From contig CM060733.1 in NCBI GenBank assembly GCA_030704615.1, positions 57,164,001 to 57,228,000 of the forward strand: 64,000 bases of DNA. Direction: 5' to 3'. The first letter of the stretch is position 1, and every line of letters starts with the position of its first letter. Below the pieces are notes generated by a model, which was not told the origin of the DNA, searched no databases, and saw nothing but the letters and a program-made list of their open reading frames with translations. Source of the stretch: Takakia lepidozioides. Lineage: Eukaryota > Plantae > Bryophyta. Below, piece by piece: positions 21,574-34,170 of the stretch. Position numbers and translations under genes: made by a program.

Positions 21574-22489
21574 AGTTGAGGTCAACTCTCTCCCACCACG
21601 AGTTCCACGGACTGCGGGAGATATGCAGGTCGAATAGTCGGATGATGACAATCGGTCATTGTCATTCTTTCACCGACATTGTGCCCCTGTGAACCGTGCT
21701 TCATCTCACGCCGCTCCATCTCATGTTTCTCTTTCTCAAGCGGGTCCATCCCATGCTGGTCCATCTAGTCTTTCTCCCCCTCATGTAATTCCTTCCATCG
21801 CTACTCCGATCTTGGGAGATGCTTCTTCTGCTGCGGGACTTCTGCAAGTCGAACCATCGAATAACGACGACCGGCCATTGTCGTTTCATCTGGCCCGACG
21901 ACGTCCGCATGTGAACCGTGCTCCCTCGACCCTCGCTGGTCCATCTCATGCCCCTTCCTCTTATGTCGGCCCCTCTGATGTACGTGCGAGTAGCCTTCCT
22001 CATACGAGACCTACTTCAAGGCCACCACGAACCGAGACAAGCCCAGAAACGACAGAGAATTGTGCAACCTTTTGTTGGTGACCGACCTGTGAACAGGCGT
22101 GATACCCTAGATGGTATTCATGATATGAGTGGAAATCGACCAGAGAGACAACTGAATGTACTCCAAGAACGACTACAAGTCCAACGGCCAGTTGCCTCTG
22201 GAAACGAAAGAACAGATGGAGATCATGATTCTAGAACTGATCATGGGAACGAGGGTGAAGTGAGTGGGAACGAAGATTTTGTACTAGGCGTGAGATCATA
22301 CCATCGTCGTCATGCCAAACGGAACTAGGTACAGCTATAATTTCTGTCACATGATGTGTAGTATGTTTCCATGGATATCCATGTTTTAGTTTGGGTACAT
22401 GCATACGTGTACGGAAATAAAAGTGGTGGAATATGTGTACCCAAGAAAGGGTTTGGTGATCTGCCTCTCCAAACATACATACAGGTGCA

Positions 22490-23607
22490 AGGGGACCAAC
22501 CTCCTGGTGGTCGCACCTATTTAAATAAAAAAACAATTGTGCGACCACCAGTAGCGGTCGTCGGAACTGTTGAAATAAAAGAAAAATGTTGCGACCACCC
22601 CCCTCCTGGTAGTCGCACCTATTTACTGATTTAATAGGTAGTAAGTTAGTACGTAGTAAGGGGGGTTCCCTTATATAGCCTCTCAGGGCGGTGGGACCCT
22701 TCTAGAAGCCCGCCGACCTTGGGAGCCTTCTAGAAGGCCCTGAACACATGTCAACCCTACAAGACTCCCTATTCTAAATTTAGCCAATTCCTCCTTTCTT
22801 TTTTTGGACCCCCTCATCTCATTCCTTAATACACGTGGCCTTCCTACATATGCGCCCCACTCTAATTCATGGGCCACAGTAATTCCTGGACCACTCTAGA
22901 ATCAGGGCCCGAATGAAACTGCTCTACATATTATTCGTACCTATTTAACAAAAAGAAAAATGGTCCGACCACCCTCCTGCTGGTGGTCGCAGCTATTTAA
23001 AAACAGAAAATTCTGCGACCACCCCCTTGCTGGTGGTCGCCCCTAAAAAAAATGGTGCGACCACCCCCCTGCTGGTGGTCGCAGATTTTATTTTTTTTAA
23101 ATGTTTTTTTAAATAAATTTGGGAAACACCTGGGAGCGACAGCTCACAAATCAGGCCCCTTAGTAGTGAGAGGAGAAAATAACCTCTTTCATTTATGCGC
23201 CAAGAGGCATAGAAATGGGGCACCACACACGAACCATACCACACCCATCAAGTAGCAAGATTTGACCCTAGAATCGTCCGGGTCGCATTCAGTGCACTTA
23301 ACCAACTGAGCTACTGACTGTTGGTAGATATTAAAAAATCGGAAAATTATGCGACCACCCCCCTACGACAACCCCCCTGCTGGTGGTCGCATCTATTAAA
23401 GAAAAGGAAAATAGTGCGACCACTAGCAGGTGGTGGTCGCACCTATTTGTTTTAAACAAAATTTCTGCGACCACCCCCCTGCTGGTGGTCGCACCCATTA
23501 AAAAAAATAAAAATATCTGCGACCACCCCCCTGCTGGTGGTCGCACATAATAAAGAAAAGAAAAATTGATGCGACCACCCCCTGCTGGCGGTCGCAGCTA
23601 TTACTAG
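22490..23607 (+). repeat. Hairpin array D (~11 x GCGACCACC-loop-GGTGGTCGC), Helitron-3'-end-like
   Basis: GC-rich hairpins separated by short A-rich spacers. The last hairpin is followed by gctattaCTAG. Confidence 0.8.
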
Positions 23608-25091
23608 CGTACGCAATCATGATGACAACGCGCGCCCCAAGTGTGGAGAGGGGGCTTATAAGGCCTTGGAGGCCATTCTCTCCATCACTTTTCTCCACAC
23701 CAGGACTTGGTGGGCGATGGGATGTTGCATTCCTTCTTATTGAGTCCAAGTGGAGAGGGGTGCTATTGGTTGGGTGGGGGGTATTTTGGGCCGTTGGTTT
23801 CTACGAAATCGATGTTGAGTACCTCCCGGGAAGCCCTCCTCTGGCACCCACGTTTTTTTCATTGCACATTGCGTCATAACACTTAGAACTACGGAGGGAG
23901 TGACACGTGCCTCTAGTACTTGGGGAGGATTCATTAGGGAGTAGGATTAGGTACGATTTAGGAGGGTTGGGAGAGCATTTTTTTTAGCAAACACCTGTCG
24001 AGTAGGAGTAAGCCAGAGCCATAAATGGCGGAGGAGGAAGACAGAGGAGGTCATCCCAGGGATGACGATAATGAACCTGGACCTCCAAAAAAAAAAACCA
24101 AAATGGCCAGGCGCAAACTTCGTTGAGACATATATAATGACCCCAACATTCTTGCGGAACCAGGTTGGGAAGTTTGGAAGTTGGGGCAGCGGTGGTCATT
24201 TGGTGACTGCAGAAATTTTATGGACTGGTGTCACATAAATCGTTTGTAGCCCAGAGATAGGCATGATCCATAAACCAAACAAAATCAAGCTAGCTTGCAT
24301 TCTTGCGCCAACCCGCATTTCCGCCACAGGGCAGATGAGGTACATACAACATTGTGGGGTCAACCGCTCGTCAACAACAAGGTCCCGTATTTATTTGCGG
24401 CCATGTTATAACGAACCACTTTTGCATCAGGTGGACATGAAAACAATGCATTTTGGTGTAGACATTTGGCAATGCCTTCAAAATTTGAGAGGAGATGCAA
24501 AATGAATGAAAGTGCACATCTTGCAAGACCTTATGCAAATACATTAAATGGCTTACATTACTTATGTGTATCATCAATCCAGAAGGTTCAAATTTTTTGA
24601 GGCATGTGCTCCATCCATATTATTCTCTGACAGAAACAACTAAATGGACTATCCCCTATTTTTAAGACGACGGCGTCGTTGTTGAGATCTTAAAATCCAA
24701 TCAACTGCCTTATTCTTATGAGCATATGAAACGTAAATGCTCTGCATGTTTCCATTTATTTTACAACCAATCGTTGATTAATCGTCCAACTATGAACTGA
24801 CACACTAGACGGCACAATTTATTTACAATCAAATCCCATGACATGTATGTTGATTTGTTCTTTGATTACTCATGTATGAGTAATGAGTACAAGTATTTGT
24901 GGCGACAATTGACTCTAAAACCAATAAATTGATTAAGACACCCATAACAAAATATTCAGTTACTTTATCACTTACTTTATATTGTATTATGAAGGCGCCG
25001 CCACAAAGTAACATGTCAATCGTACAACCATCTTCTGAGGATCCACGTGTAACCCATGTAGTCCAAAAAGCACTAACGCCAGAGTGTATAA

Positions 25092-28000
25092 AAAAAGTTC
25101 TGGGATGGGAATCATAGGCTTCAAGCATGGTATCCCTATATCAATGAAGTTCATGGGGCCAACTTGTCAAGACATGTCTATGTGACAAGTTGGGTGCTCA
25201 ATGCGGACATTGAAAATCGTGGTTCCCTCAGGTCCATCATGGATAGAGTGAATGTGTGAGTTTCCTTTCTATTCTTCATTTACTTTCATGTTCAATGTTG
25301 TCATGTTCTTGCTCAATGGATGTATATATACACATCTTCTTTCTAATGATCATATTTTATATGTGCAGGGCAACAGAGAGGGCACATGTTACATCCAAAT
25401 TTGTGCACTTGGTTTGCAAGGTCAATATGATTGGCCTTACACCTGTCTCTGAATGGAAGAATGTATTGAGGAAAGAGCAATACGACGAATGCATCAAGAA
25501 AGCAGGAAAGACTTGGTATAACCTGACAGTCCATGCAATGACAGAGATTTTGTACAAGGTAACATCATGTCTTAACCAAGTTTCATTCTTTGCATCCATA
25601 GACAAGATTCACCTCTGGTTCATGTTATGAACTGTTTTGGTTCTTTTGGTAGCATGATATCGTGGAGGCCCAACGCATGGCGGGGGAAGCTTACAAACTT
25701 GCTGAGGGACCAAAGAGTCAAGAGGGCCTTGAAGATACAATGAGACATGCTGGATTGAAAGCAAGGGAGCAACACAAGAGTCAGCTTGTGAAGTTGCTTC
25801 CTATTGCTGATCCAACCCTTGGAGAGGGGTTTCTCCAAGAACTTAAACTGCATTGGTCACGTGTAAAGGCAGGATCAGAGGAAATGACCCAAGAGAAAAT
25901 GGTGAACATTGCTACCGCCCGGGTGGATCCTGAAGAAAAGGTGGAATGGCTACATATATGGAATGGAGACCAAACACTTCACGACCGTAATTTTTTTTCC
26001 ACCCGGGCCTATCAGTGGGCCAACACTTGATCCTTGGCTGAATAGAAGGACTTTTTGGTGGCATTTACATATACAATCATTATCTTCTCAATGCAATTAA
26101 TTCATTTTTGTTGATGACACATTAACATAGTTATTTAACTGACTGTATTTTCTGGCAGCTTCGCAAGGTTGCCTTGGCTCAATTTGCCTTGTACACCACT
26201 CAGCTTGGCCAATTTCATGTTGCCTTGGAGAAAGGAGAGAGTGAGAGTCTGGGAGACTACATGGATACATGGAAAATGACTCATTTCAATGAGTTGTTTC
26301 ATAGAGAGTTCTCATTGCCAAAGGGGCCATTCAGAGGCAATGATTGGGAACAACAAACAGGTGGGGAGAAGGTGGTGAGACGGATTTTATTCAGGTACCA
26401 TCTTTCCATTGCATTGTATATGGATAGTGTATACACCTTGTAAGTAAAAAATGTCTATGCTTCAAGTATTTTTCTAGTACATTGGGATATACATGTTTCT
26501 TAATGTGCTTGTTCAATTGTTGAACAGGTTGCATAAATATTTGTCTCCACAATAACTTTGAATGTGTTTGTATTTTAGGTACATGAGATTTGTGCTTGTA
26601 CCGAGTGATCGACTTAAGGCTGAGCCCAAGTTTCTGATGGCCTAGAAGTTTGGTGCTCAACAAGCTTCCATGTACACACCTGCAATTGAGGAAGATTGGG
26701 GTGTGGAACACCAGGAAGGGGGGGGGTTGGTATTTGGATATGCCCAAGGGTACTATCCCCTATGCAGAAATGGGACTTCATAAGGAATGTGTTCGCAGGC
26801 AGTCAGTGAGTGATGAAGGGGGTATCTCCACTGAAGTCCCTGTTCTTGATCTGGAGCATGTAGAACAGATTGCTACACAGGCCGTTGACGCTGTAGCCCA
26901 AGTGGTCCCTGCCGTTGTGGGTGTACCAAAACGCAAATCACGAAAAAGAAAAGGTGCGGATGTCAATGCAGGTGTGGCCCCCAATGCAGGTGTGGCTTCT
27001 ATTGCTGGTCCTATTGGTAGTTCTTCACATCCTTCAAATCAGTTGGTTGTAGTGTCTGCACCTGCTACTCGAGGAAACAAGCCAAAGGCAGGCGAACATC
27101 CTTACAATGCAGTGTCATTTTCTGGTGGTGCACCTAGCATGTATCGCATGAAGATCATGCCTACTCATTTCATTGATATGGTGGAGGCCTCAAGTACATC
27201 TCCTGATGCGACCTTGAAGGAGCTCATGGAGTTCTTAAAAAATGTGAGTTTCCCCCAACAAACAAACTTGAATGTAAGGAATTCTTCGATGTTTTAATAT
27301 CCTCATCATCCGGCTATTGACTCCTACATTTTCTGTATGTTGTTTGCAGTTGCCAGGAACTTGGTCTAGTGTTGTGGATGGAAAAAACGTGCCTGTGGCT
27401 GTCATCGTGGACTGCCCGACAGGAATGCCTGTACAGGGCTATTTGGATGGTGTACAGGTTCCTCCCTGGAATGCTTTTGATAAACGGTATTGGGAGTATG
27501 CATTCTCCATTGCTAATGACCTGTTGGATGACAATGGATGCTTGGTGTTCTTGCAGGGCTCCGATGATTCCTTTGCATTGGAGCTCTTTTCTTACTCTAG
27601 GGGCAGCTCTATTTCCGTATTATCAAGGAAATATACTTGCATCAATACCACCCCTCTACACACTCAGACAGGAAAGGTAAAAATCATCCCTTTTCAATAT
27701 CTCATTGTTTGATGTTTCATCTTCCTACTCTCATACATATTATTAAACCATCCGGGTGCACTGTTTTTGTGGAAATGACACGTCCAACATACCATGTTCT
27801 TCCACGCCCATGTAAGGAGGACTATTCAAACTGCGTGAGTCTGGCAAAGTTGTGGACCCCCTTGCAGACCCTGTTGAGTTGGATGCCATCTACAACCACA
27901 TTCCAGATGTTGCACTACCCATGCAAACTCCTCAACAAGCCAAGAGGGGTGCGCGAGACCGTAGTCCCGCCTTCATGCAAGTGTTGTTGGAGACATGCTC

Positions 28001-28745
28001 ACCTCTGGCTCCCGCATTTTGGATCTCACAGCTAGCACAGGTTTGCATTGGTCTCCATTTTGTAATTAAAATCTTCTGAGTTGATTCATGATCATTAACT
28101 GTTATCCGATATAATATCACCATTGCATGTTTTTTTCCTGCAGGTTCTACATTTATTGCTGCCCGCGAGTCTGGACGTCACGTATTTGGTCTTGAGGGGG
28201 ACCAGACGTTGTATGCAACACATCTCTCTGCACTTCAAAATACTCAACCTGTTTTGGTTTCATCTGTGGTAACTCCAACCATTCAACGTCCTGTGAGTTT
28301 GTTGGAACCCCCCGCTCCTAAGGTGGCGCGCAAGCTTGGTCTTCATCTCGGCAGTACTTCCTAGTGAGTATGTCTCGCCTCCATTTCTTTTGTTGCAATC
28401 TCTATATTATTTGCAAAGCAAACCATTCCCATTTGATTTGTTAACATAAGTATACATGTATGTGTGATGCAGTATGGGATTGTGTGGACCATCTACGATA
28501 GTCTACCCCAAAGTCCTCTTTCATCGTTTTATCTACCTTCGTATGCCGAGTCCCAAGCTTTGCATTCAATACATCAACAACGTGATGTAGGTCTTTCCAA
28601 TGATCTGTTGTTTGACCGAAGAGCAGCTATTGTTGGACAATCCGTGGATAGGTTGCGTAGAGTTGAGGCTTTCATGGATGTGTATGCCTCTGAATCACAG
28701 GCTTATGACACGGATGATGAAGTATCAGCTGATGATGTTATGTAG
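25092..28745 (+). pseudogene. ParB-like plus beta-class DNA MTase-like gene, copy 2 (multiply disabled)
   Basis: Exon 25092-25253 reads KFWDGNHRLQAWYPYINEVH (ParB/Srx DGxHR motif). Exon 25369-25558 follows, then the same exons as copy 1. Lesions: frameshift ~25995, lost donor ~26063, TAG 26643, 6-nt deletion in the motif IV region, lost acceptor ~27790. Confidence 0.75.
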
Positions 28746-29078
28746 GTAATTAGAAATTACAGATACAATACATTGTCCTCATTGTCAGTCCGAATTTTTG
28801 GTTATGTTTTATGATACATGTATTTCTCTCTAGCGTAAGGTAAAACAAATGGGGCAAATGACATGGTGTTGAAATCAGATTTCATGTTATCTTCCTGTCA
28901 TTTGATTTATCTATGTAATAGTTTGTACATAGATCTCTACTGCATTTCATAGATCCCTTTACCTGAATGCAAGTTCGACATGCACTTCAGCACTATCAAA
29001 TTTCATCATTAGTAAGATCAACCCTTATGAGTATTGTGGCATCTTATGTACACATAGGGTGACTATCTTTATCTCATT
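25561..29078 (+). repeat. Copy 2 of the dispersed repeat
   Basis: Aligns with 1-3503 apart from scattered SNPs and small indels. Confidence 0.95.
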
Positions 29079-30345
29079 CTAGCAACGACCGAAGGTCGGA
29101 AGCTAGTTTAGCGTAGAGCAGAAATAGGGTGCCATAGTGCCACATCATCGTCGCCACGTCATCATAGACACGTCATCCTTGCCATATCATCGTAGACACG
29201 TCATCGTCGTCGTCAATTTCTTTGAAACCTGCCCGAAATGCCCAAAAATAACCGGCAGCGTGGGGAAGTGACGATGATGGCTTGAGCGCTGACGGGTTTC
29301 ACACATGGATCTCGGGTTTTTTACAGATAACAGAGACGAGGAGAAGCATCGAGGCAAGGCGAGGATGCGTGATTTCTGGAGTGCAGAGGGATTTGTGGAA
29401 CAATCGAGGCAAGGCGAGGGTGTATGCATGATTTGTGGAGTGCGGAGGGATTTGTTTCACACACCGATCGCAGATGCAAATGTGGGCTCTTGGCTCCTGT
29501 TAGTACCATGATTTGGTATTCTTCCTAATGTTTACAAGGTTCTTGGGAGAGTCAGCTTGGTCTTAGCAGGCCGTGTTTCCATCTCTGCCTGCTCAGCTAC
29601 ACCGTGGTGGTTCTCACAGACCAATCCGACATCACCTGACTACAAACACAAGCAGCACACACAAGAGGCAGAGATAGAAATGGTCACCAATATTAGAATT
29701 TCCAGCAATGGGGGATGAAAACACATCCATCAACTCTAATTTGACCACAAGTTGGTTTTTTTTTTTGATTGATTGAGGGATATTTGAAGGACACTTGCCA
29801 CGGCCATACAAGCGAGTGGATAGAGACAGGAGGGAGAGTGGTGGGATGAGAGCATTCTGGGATTATGAATTGCTTTAGTTTCTCTTCTCCATAGTCTTTC
29901 ACCATCTCTGTGGCCAAAACCTTTCCGTAGGTGGAGGCAAGAGTCAGTCCAGGTTTGGGCTGGGGTGTCCTTGCAGGAGCGACACTGTGGAGTGTTTTGG
30001 TGTGGGGGAGTTGTTGTCTTGATTTTCTTGTGTTTGGATCCCCTCCACACCTGCATGCTTGACTGTGCGCCATGTTAGCTTTGTGTGGGCGTTTGTTTTC
30101 ATAGGAGGTTGGTCCGGATTTGATCACCGGCCAATCCTAGAGTATGCTGTCGGTGGTGAGGCTGGGTTGATGACCAGCAGACCATAGGAGTGCTTGCGGT
30201 GGATGTAGGTGCAGGTACATGTCTACGTTAGAAACCTATTATTCCTGCTTGAACCAGTAGCCGCAACAGGTTCTCTACCCGGTTACCTTGTAGAAAGTGG
30301 GGATTAGAGACAGATTCACAACCGGTTGGGTTGTGAGTTTTCATC

Positions 30346-32499
30346 ATGGAGGTGCCACTAGTTGCTGAGGGGAGTGCCGGTACGAGCACTAGCGATACTA
30401 GTGGGTACACAAGACGAGGTGTATGGTTTAGGCCACCTTCACCTTCAGTGTCTTCTGAGGAAGATTCAGACTCGGAGTCAGGAGGATTCTCGCCGAGGGT
30501 GCAAGTCATTTCTGTGCCATTGTTGTGGGACACGATGGAGGAGATGTATGAAGCTACCAAGGGGCCACGTAGGTACTCTAGAGCTGTGGGCACCATCGAG
30601 CTTGATGACTTCATACAAGAGTTTGACAGTTGGTGTGATTTGCAGCAAATGCGCAATCCACAACTGTTTACGCCCTTTATGGCGTGGAAGGGGCTATTCC
30701 AACACCTTGAGGGGCCGCCCATGGATGATTACCATGAATTTAGGCGGGGACATGCGGTGGAGATTGAGGAGTGGTGAGAGTATTGGTCACCTAACTATGT
30801 CTCCATTACTAGAGGCACAAGGGTAGCGGCGACACCAGCAGCTACACAAACATCTCCAACTGCAAGCACTAGTAGTGGGACAAGTGGTATAGGAGCTGGG
30901 AAATTCACTCAAGCTCCTGCTGCAACACCAGCACTTGTGCCTGCCTTTAACCCAGTTGTGGAGTTCTTCGAGGAGTTGAGGATAAACTACCAAGGGATAA
31001 GGACAGAGAAGTTGCGGAGCTTGCAAGAGTTCCAACGAAGGTCTACTGAGAGTTTGAGGGAGGCTTACACCCGCATGAGGCGCTTGATAAACGTAACCCA
31101 ATGGGTTACAAAAGCTAAGGCAGTCGAGTTCTGGTATGGGATCCTGGACAAGGAGCTGAGGAGAAGGGTGCGGGATGCAACTCTCCTACAAGTGGGCCAA
31201 CCCACCTTAGCAAATGTGTTTTTGCTGGCAGAGCGGATAGAGCTCAATATGGTGGAGGAGCGAGTGGTTATGGTGGGTTTTGGCAAGGAGACACAACGAA
31301 GTGGGGCTCCTAGCCAACAACAACCACTATCCCAACGTGTTCAAGGCAACAAGGGGGCTCAGGTGAAGCCCAGGGAAGGACAGAAAGGATCTCAATTGCA
31401 AAGGTCACTTCCTTCATTCTCAGGCCAACAACAGTCGGGTGTGACATGTTGGGATTGTGGAGGACCCCATGTTAAGAGAGATTGCCCGGAGAGAGGCAAA
31501 GGGCCGGCACAGGCACAACCTACACAACTACAGTGTGGGCATTGTGGCAAGTATGGGCATGATGAGGCCCATTGTTATGACTTACATCCTGAGCTACGGC
31601 CAGGCCAGTTCCAATGGAACAATGGTGGCCGAGGACGAGGCAATGTAGTCCAGAGAGGTAGAGGAGGCAGGGGTCGCGGTGGAGGTCGTAACCAAAACCA
31701 GGGAGCACAAGGTCAAGGTCATGACCAAGGCATGGTGGATAGGCTTGCCCAGCTAGAGCAACGTCTTGCTACCATGGCCACTACGCATGTTGCGCCAGCT
31801 CAAAGGCTTGAGGTTCAAGCCCCACCTGCACAACCTCCTATGCCTAGGGAAGACCAGATTGGTATGGGCTTCATGTGTGGAGCCGCACTTGCAGGACCAT
31901 TGCATGTGGACTCTACAGTTGCTGTCACTCGAGCAACAACGCGTGCTCCTGAGCCAAGAGCAGATGTGGATTTTGATCTACAAAGGGGGGAAGCAAGTCG
32001 ACAGACAAGGCTTCCACAGTCTTTCACATTGGCTGAGACAGTGCCAACTACGCCATCGATGGTACCCAGTCACGCAAGTGTGTCAGAGGTAGAGCCACGA
32101 GTGCCAGTGGGGAGAGTTGGTGTGGCTCGGGAAATGCTAGTGGGTGGTGTTGCAAAGCAAGGTGCTGCCAGTACATTGTTGGGGGCGGCTACGGCGGTTT
32201 GCCAAGCTCCATTATTTTCTGCAATGACCATTGCAATGCCGGGGATTCGGCCAGCTGCTGTGTTCAGACTAGCAGCTAAACTCCGTGAGAGTGGTGATGC
32301 ATCGGCACTATCCGCGGAGATAGCAAATAAGGTGCAGTCTATGGATGCTTTGGATTCGAGGGTGAAGTCAGCCACAGCTGCGCCATGGCAAGCGGCAACT
32401 GCAAGGTTGCAAAAATTGCCAGCTAGACCAGCCATTGAGCGCAGCATGGTGACTCCTGGGGTAGTTCTGGTGGACAATCAGGATGGAGTGTTTCAATAG
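30346..32499 (+). pseudogene. Gypsy gag with two zinc knuckles
   Basis: FQRRSTESLREAYTRMRRL (retrotrans_gag-like), CWDCGGPHVKRDC and CGHCGKYGHDEAHC. Stop at 30775. Confidence 0.85.
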
Positions 32500-32900
32500 G
32501 GTGGCCCAACCGGGAGGAGGTATAGGCCACTGCGGGTCTTGTTGGACTTAGGAGCACAGCCATTGATGTTGGGGAGAGCAGCAATTGCAGGCTTGGGCCT
32601 TACAGAGGCGGACTTGGAGCCTTGCCCTTTCCAAATTCAAACATCTTTGGGTGGTTCAGAGAAGGCGCGAGGGATCACACACCATGAGCTCTTCATTTGA
32701 TTGCAGCCGGATCATCCTACAGATGGCTTAGTCATGAGAGCTGAAGCCATTGTTACAGACGCGATGTCCTATGATGAGCTTGTTGGTGGGGCTGTGTTAT
32801 ACCCAATGGGATTTACTCTGGACTTTTGGGAGGAAAGGGCGTCCTATAGGCCGGAGTGGCAGTCAGGGGATGGCCGACGTGCACTGCTCCCAGTGCGGTT
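32500..32900 (+). pseudogene. Gypsy aspartic protease
   Basis: PLRVLLDLGAQPLMLG...YDELVGGAVL. Confidence 0.7.
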
Positions 32901-33251
32901 TATTGGGAATGTAGCGGTGGATCATAGGAACATGATGTCCACATTGGCTGCATTCTCAGGGGTGGTGGCTTGGGGTGGTGGCTCTTGGAGGGCAATAGCC
33001 ATGTAGATGATAGACCACCATTTGACGAGGACAAGCAATTGGCATACAAGGCTGAGTTGCTTCCTCATGTGCCTGTGCATATTCCACTGTGGGGTACGGT
33101 TGGGAATTTGCAGCGAGTAGCAGGCGAGAGTGTGCACCAAACATGGCAGGAGGCCTTTCCATTGACGAGTGAGGGGGATTAAGTGCAATCACCTGGACCT
33201 CCTCAATTAGCTCATTTGGACACAATGCCCATTACCTGACAACCATCTGAC

Positions 33252-34170
33252 TCAGGGATTTGTTTGCTAGACCTGTTTAGAGGCATGAGCACTGGGCTTG
33301 CAGGAGTGTTGCAAGCAGGAATCAAAGTACTTGGATGAGATTGCTCGACGTGTTTCCATGCGCCATGTTGCCTTGCTCACACATCAGTATCCTGAGTTGT
33401 TGCATATCTCAGCAATTCAAGGGTACCAAAAGGCCTTGCCAGCAGACATTACCTTGCTGGGGGCGGATGATTTGGACCGGCATGGTGCCATTGACTTGGT
33501 GATAGCTAGATGGCCTTGCCAAGGACACTCTCCCGCAGGTCATGGGAATGGCTTACATGATGCACGATCGCATTTGTTTTGGGAGATGTTGAGAGTGTTG
33601 TGTGACTTGCAGGTGAGGCAAATGCAACCTCCAGCTTACATCCTAGAGAATGTTCCTCTCATGGGGGATTCTCGGGCCAGGGTTATGGCCAGTGTGCATC
33701 AGATCCGGTCATGGATTGGACCAGCTGTATTGTTCGATGCAGCTGCAGTGGGTTTACGAGCACATAGGCCTAGGTTGTGGTGGACCAATCTTGCACCACC
33801 AGAGTTGCTCAAGAGAGCCTATGATTCCATTCAACGGCCACCCAACCTCACGGTTGAGGGCATTTTGGACCAAGGGAGGCAACCACAAAGAGTGCGACAT
33901 GATGATCGTCCACCTTTGGCGGTGGTCAATCGAGTGGGGCAACCACATGCGGCCTTGCCTACACTCATGAGCTTTCCCTCGTCTCATGCTTTTCGAGACA
34001 ATGGTCCTGGGTTGATTTGGGATAGTGTGCTACAGCATTGGGGGAGCCCAATGCGGATGAGCGAGAGCGGGCAATGGGATTTGCCACGGGCATCACGACG
34101 CCAGGTGTTGGGTCAGGCAATGGATCTCAATTGCTTGACATGGGTCATTGACTTGTGTATGGCTGAGCAA
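33252..34170 (+). pseudogene. C5-cytosine DNA methyltransferase domain inside Gypsy pol
   Basis: Motif I LLDLFRGMSTG (~33264, other frame), IV IARWPCQG (PCQ 33514-33522), VI YILENV (ENV 33646-33654), VIII AHRPRLWW (33760), X-like VLGQAMD (~34108), all in canonical order. Confidence 0.9.

Noticed and set aside
21659-22328. Ser/Pro-rich ORFs after the hAT transposase
   Set aside because: Low complexity with no recognisable domain, probably the disordered tail of the hAT gene.
23250-23318. Functional tRNA gene (also 3535-3740)
   Set aside because: Only A/B-box-like motifs are present, and I could not fold a convincing cloverleaf.
22490-23607. CRISPR-like hairpin/spacer array
   Set aside because: Spacers are low-complexity A-rich and irregular, repeats are degenerate, and there are no cas genes.
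25561-29078. Assembly-artefact duplication of 1-3503
   Set aside because: The copies differ by many SNPs and indels, carry independent lesions and have different right flanks.
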